Shown here piece after piece: positions 16,279 to 20,000 of a stretch of DNA of 20,000 nucleotides; position 1 is the stretch's first letter; each line of letters starts with the position of its first letter. The notes below the pieces were generated by a model that was given only the letters and a program-made list of their open reading frames with translations, had not been told where the DNA came from and searched no databases. Where the stretch lies: IMG/VR virus record IMGVR_UViG_3300020049_007251, one strand, 5' to 3'. The DNA comes from an uncultured virus (IMG/VR IMGVR_UViG_3300020049_007251) (taxonomy: Duplodnaviria > Heunggongvirae > Uroviricota > Caudoviricetes). The translations under genes and the position numbers were made by a program.

Positions 16279-18614
16279 CCGAAAGCGTTGTCGCTTATGG
16301 GAAATACGGTGACACCGTTGTCCCGCTAAAAGTGACATCAGACGGAAGTCTTGAGATCGAAGGCGGCGGATCTTTTAGTGGAGAGATGACCGGGCCATTC
16401 ACTCAACTGACTTCTTGCCCGGCTGACATCGTTGCATATATGGCTGCGCTTGCCGAAGACACGCGCGTCCAGTTTCCTTCGGGATGTTCATATACCCTCA
16501 CGACAGCTTCAACAGTTGAAATCCCAAGCGGGGTTTGGGTTGACTTTTCAGATACATTGTTCAATAGAACGGCAACCGCCGCCGCGATTATAACGGCAAC
16601 GACGAAAGACGTAACGAAAAGTATTCATATTAGCAATGTGCGTTGCACCGGGGCATTTGCAACTTCATGTATCAGTATCAATCAAAACGCCGGTACGGTA
16701 GGGTCAGAGAATGCGTTTGTGCTAAGAAATATTAACTTTGATTTTACTCCCGACGCATCAATGACAACTGTTTACGGGTTTGTTATTAACGATTCAGGTT
16801 ACGTGATCGACGGAGTACGTGGAAAAATCCTAACGTCTTCGGCCACAACAAGCGCATGGGGTATTCGTACTCCAATGAACTCAACTGCGGAAGCAGACAC
16901 CACAGGATCGATCAATGATTGGAATGTTAGAGTTGACTGCCAATCCTACGCTCCGACTTTTTGTAGAGGTCTTGATGTTGCCTATCAGAACGCATCGGCA
17001 GGGGGAAGTTTATTTAATACGTATGCAAAAGTGAGTAACTTTTATAGCTATGCTCACTCCGGTGGTGCGACCGGAACAGGGGAAGCCTGTAAGGTTACCA
17101 ATGACTCCGGACATGGAACTGTAAACGAAACCTGGTGGTCTAACGGGGTATGCGATGGGGTATCGTCTGACTTCCGCGATGGTTCAGGATTTGGTGATCC
17201 CGTCATTGCTCATATTGACAACGTGCAATTTACGAATGGGAAGTATACGTTAAAATCAACCGGGACATATACGTTAAAAGGTTCGTCGGGAAAAACAAGC
17301 AACTTTTGGACAATTAGCTCAAATTCTACTAGCTCAATTGACTCGCAGGGTTACATAGCTACTTTCATTGCCTATATTGTTGCCGCAAATGATCGTGTTT
17401 ATTTTCCACCGTCAATGCAGTTTAACGCTTCGCTTTCAATAACAAAGTCGGTACATTTAATCGGCGGCGGAACCGATGGATGCACTCACATATCAACCTA
17501 CGGCGGAGCAAACACGCAACTCTTTAATATTACGGCAGACAATGTTTCTTTAGAGAATTTCTGTCTTAATATTGCACAGGATTGGGATGGGATTCGTGTT
17601 GATGGGACAGCGGGAACCGCATTAACCAGTGTGAATCTTAAAAATATTAAGGTTTCAAAACCGGCGGCAAGCGGTAGCACGACAGCGATCATCTATCTTG
17701 ATGCTTCCGGGGTAATTGATAACCCTAAAATAAACTTAGTTTGCACGACGGGAACATGCGAAGGGATAAGCTACACCAACGCATCAACTCAAGATGCCGT
17801 CGCTACCCTTGCAGTATACAATCCAAATATTGTCTTGACGGCTACAAGTGGAGCAACGACAGCAATTGAAAGCGTTGACTCCGGGTCATCATACTCGGCA
17901 ACGACAAGTATCTTCGGTGGTTATTACTCAAGCACACGAAGCACTGGGACATCTTATGGTGTTTCTTCAAGTGGAACAAATTCATTAGTCTACGTTTATG
18001 GATTGCGTGGTGCCGCTTCTGACATTGATATTCTTCAATTGTCGGGTGGTACAGCCTCAAATAATAGCACCCCAATGATTTCACCTTATTTAATTGCTGG
18101 TTCTGGCCCTTCGGCTTCGGGAGTATCTTCATTCGCCGGGGGGATTAACGTGCCAAGCGGTCAACAGATAGATTCAAACGGTGAACGTGTTAATTATCCG
18201 CTATCTGTTTACGCATCAGGAACGGTTTACGCATTGACAAACACCTCTGCGCTCGTAGATTTCGGAACGACAGACCCAATTTTAACAGTTGACAAGCCGG
18301 GGACTTATTGGGTCAGCGCAAGAGCGCAGTTAAAATATAATGCAACAGTTTTTGCCGCAAATCAAACGGCTACATGCAAGATACGAAGGACAAACAACAC
18401 CGCCGCAGATTTAACCAACGCAACACGAACGGTTGATTTAAGAATCGTTGCAACGGTTACAGATAACGCGGGGTTAGTTGAAATTCCCGAGACACTATAC
18501 ACGACATCAAACTACGACGATCATATTCAACTATGGTGCTCTATTTCTTCCGCTACTGGTGGCGGAAGCGTTGACGTTGTATCTGCTGAAATTATCGCTA
18601 AAAGACAATTTTAA
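16188..18614 (+). CDS. Tailspike-like protein (808 aa) with signal peptide and probably two tandem right-handed beta-helix domains
   Basis: The likely start is ATG 16188 after AAGGGGGGGA. It begins MKKFILLLLLVLGQILATSAFA|KYE. Beta-helix entry patterns appear twice (DIVAYMAAL..DTRVQFPSG..Y; IAYIVAANDRVYFPP...ITKSVHLIGGG...FNITADNVSLENF), with repeated I.NV.. rungs. Ser/Thr/Gly-rich; located in the fibre block. Confidence 0.72.
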   Translation: MKKFILLLLLVLGQILATSAFAKYESSSEDAESVVAYGKYGDTVVPLKVTSDGSLEIEGGGSFSGEMTGPFTQLTSCPADIVAYMAALAEDTRVQFPSGCSYTLTTASTVEIPSGVWVDFSDTLFNRTATAAAIITATTKDVTKSIHISNVRCTGAFATSCISINQNAGTVGSENAFVLRNINFDFTPDASMTTVYGFVINDSGYVIDGVRGKILTSSATTSAWGIRTPMNSTAEADTTGSINDWNVRVDCQSYAPTFCRGLDVAYQNASAGGSLFNTYAKVSNFYSYAHSGGATGTGEACKVTNDSGHGTVNETWWSNGVCDGVSSDFRDGSGFGDPVIAHIDNVQFTNGKYTLKSTGTYTLKGSSGKTSNFWTISSNSTSSIDSQGYIATFIAYIVAANDRVYFPPSMQFNASLSITKSVHLIGGGTDGCTHISTYGGANTQLFNITADNVSLENFCLNIAQDWDGIRVDGTAGTALTSVNLKNIKVSKPAASGSTTAIIYLDASGVIDNPKINLVCTTGTCEGISYTNASTQDAVATLAVYNPNIVLTATSGATTAIESVDSGSSYSATTSIFGGYYSSTRSTGTSYGVSSSGTNSLVYVYGLRGAASDIDILQLSGGTASNNSTPMISPYLIAGSGPSASGVSSFAGGINVPSGQQIDSNGERVNYPLSVYASGTVYALTNTSALVDFGTTDPILTVDKPGTYWVSARAQLKYNATVFAANQTATCKIRRTNNTAADLTNATRTVDLRIVATVTDNAGLVEIPETLYTTSNYDDHIQLWCSISSATGGGSVDVVSAEIIAKRQF

Positions 18615-18628
18615 GGAGATCTAAAAAC

Positions 18629-19885
18629 ATGAAAAAAATAATCTTATCGATATTAATCTTGCTCGGAATTTGTTCGCCGTCCTTTGCGCTAGAGTCCGTT
18701 TATTCTTTCGGAACGGTTGCCACGGCGGTGACAGCTAACCACTATATTGCATTAAACTCAAACAGCGCATCGGATGCAAGTATTGCTAAAAGGCGGCTTG
18801 TGGTGGCCGCTCCGATGACATTGAGCAATCTAAATATTAAAATGACAGCAGGCCCCGGCGTCGGGACAACGATAAATTATACCCTTTACGTCAACGGGTC
18901 AGCAAGCACGCTTGTTGCGGCGTGTTCTGAAGCGGTGGCAACGTGTAGCGACTCGACACACTCCGTATCGGTTGTTCGCGGTGACGTCATAGTGTTAAGG
19001 GCTGAAACCGGGGCGGGTGCTCCGACATATACAACAGTTGTCGGCTACTTAAAGAAAAGCGTTCCAAATACTAACAGAGATGACCCAATCGGGGGCTCAA
19101 ATACAGCTACCATTTTATCGGCAGGAACCACGAACTATACATCACTATTTACTGCTAATGTGAATGCCTCTGAAGGGGTGAGTCCTCTCCCTATTGGTGG
19201 AAAAGTCTCAAAATTCATTGTGTCGCTTGATGGTGCGCCGGGAACAGCCGCATCGGGGAAGTCTTACACCGTAACTCTAAGGAAAAATCAGGTTGATACC
19301 AATGTATCATGTGTAATATTAGATACCGCGACGACATGTGAAGATAACATAAATTATGCTTCATACTCAGCGCAAGATAATCTATCTGTGAAAGTTGTCC
19401 CTAGTGGAACTCCAAGCGCAAGGTATATTACTGTCGGAGCAGTTTTCTCGTCAGAAACTTCTGGATATTTTTTGCTTTCATCGGGAGCAAGTAGCCCTTC
19501 AACTTCAGCTACTCACTATGGGCCGATCACTGGCGCATCAGCGTCAACATCTTCAACTACCACAAATAATCAACTATTGCCGGGGGGGATGTATCTTGTT
19601 GCCTACACCGGGAAAGTTTTAACTGCTCCCGACAATGGGGCGGGAACTCAATCTTGGACATTAAATTTAAGAGATGAAACCAGTGCCGTTGATTTTCTTC
19701 AAGGTTGCGTTATATCTGAAGCGGCAACTTCTTGCCTAACAAATACCAGATTGGCCCTTCCCGCAAGTAATTTTCTTATACACAATAAGCATGTCCCGGC
19801 AGGCACACCAACTTCATCAACAGTAAGATTCACGGGGGCTTTTACCTTCAACACACCCGGAACAACAACGATAAAGGGCTATTAA
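18629..19885 (+). CDS. 418-aa signal-peptide protein with three tandem ~125-aa beta-rich repeats; probable fibre/spike-associated protein
   Basis: AAGGAG SD; MKKIILSILILLGICSPSFA|LES. Three repeats of the form ..(G/A)P(G/D).....(Y/W)T..(L/V)......C x6-8 C.......G.P(T/S). Confidence 0.72.
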   Translation: MKKIILSILILLGICSPSFALESVYSFGTVATAVTANHYIALNSNSASDASIAKRRLVVAAPMTLSNLNIKMTAGPGVGTTINYTLYVNGSASTLVAACSEAVATCSDSTHSVSVVRGDVIVLRAETGAGAPTYTTVVGYLKKSVPNTNRDDPIGGSNTATILSAGTTNYTSLFTANVNASEGVSPLPIGGKVSKFIVSLDGAPGTAASGKSYTVTLRKNQVDTNVSCVILDTATTCEDNINYASYSAQDNLSVKVVPSGTPSARYITVGAVFSSETSGYFLLSSGASSPSTSATHYGPITGASASTSSTTTNNQLLPGGMYLVAYTGKVLTAPDNGAGTQSWTLNLRDETSAVDFLQGCVISEAATSCLTNTRLALPASNFLIHNKHVPAGTPTSSTVRFTGAFTFNTPGTTTIKGY

Positions 19886-20000
19886 ATGGGACAAAGCATA
19901 AATTACTTCGAATGGTTTATCCCGGTGATGCTTGGATTCATCGCTTTTCTAATCGGAATTATTGGGTACATGATAAATGGTTGGTTGTCAACGATGTCAG
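19886..20000 (+). CDS. Start of a small membrane protein (possibly holin/lysis-module gene), 3'-truncated
   Basis: ATG directly follows the previous stop (TAAATG). MGQSINYFEWFIPVMLGFIAFLIGIIGYMINGWLSTMS has one clear TM helix. Position after the fibre genes is typical for lysis genes. Confidence 0.5.
   Translation, partial: MGQSINYFEWFIPVMLGFIAFLIGIIGYMINGWLSTMS

Noticed and set aside
39..18132. Minus-strand and alternate-frame ORFs in the track (e.g. 39..398, 5313..5657, 13015..13443, 15258..15713)
   Set aside because: All lie essentially within long + strand genes with coherent phage synteny and show no recognisable motifs; they are treated as shadow ORFs.
18629..18690. Lipoprotein signal (Cys15 in LLGIC)
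   Set aside because: Ile at -1 does not fit the lipobox ([LVI][ASTVI][GAS]C), and S-F-A|L is a good SPase I site.

Overview
The window is one + strand, tightly packed virion-morphogenesis operon of a short-tailed (T7/BPP-1-like, podovirus-type) phage or prophage. Gene order: portal (5'-truncated), Bbp19-like small protein, scaffold, small ORF, major capsid protein, two probable head accessory proteins, an O-antigen-ligase-family membrane protein, tail tubular proteins A and B, four probable internal virion (ejection) proteins, a short T7-gp17-type tail fibre, three fibre/spike-like genes, and the start of a small membrane protein. Two things stand out. (1) Four genes in structural positions (4310, 15977, 16188, 18629) encode proteins with clear Sec signal peptides; three of them are Ser/Thr-rich and the two largest carry paired cysteines. 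They share the operon with a WaaL/PglL-like ligase, which suggests an export-and-glycosylate route for virion surface proteins (inference). (2) A repeated RNA internal-loop motif (GG-ANAA-Y / R-C-CC) occurs five times, at the scaffold start and upstream of the capsid gene, and may be a cis-regulatory element for head-gene expression. All family assignments come from motif recognition and synteny; no database search was run.
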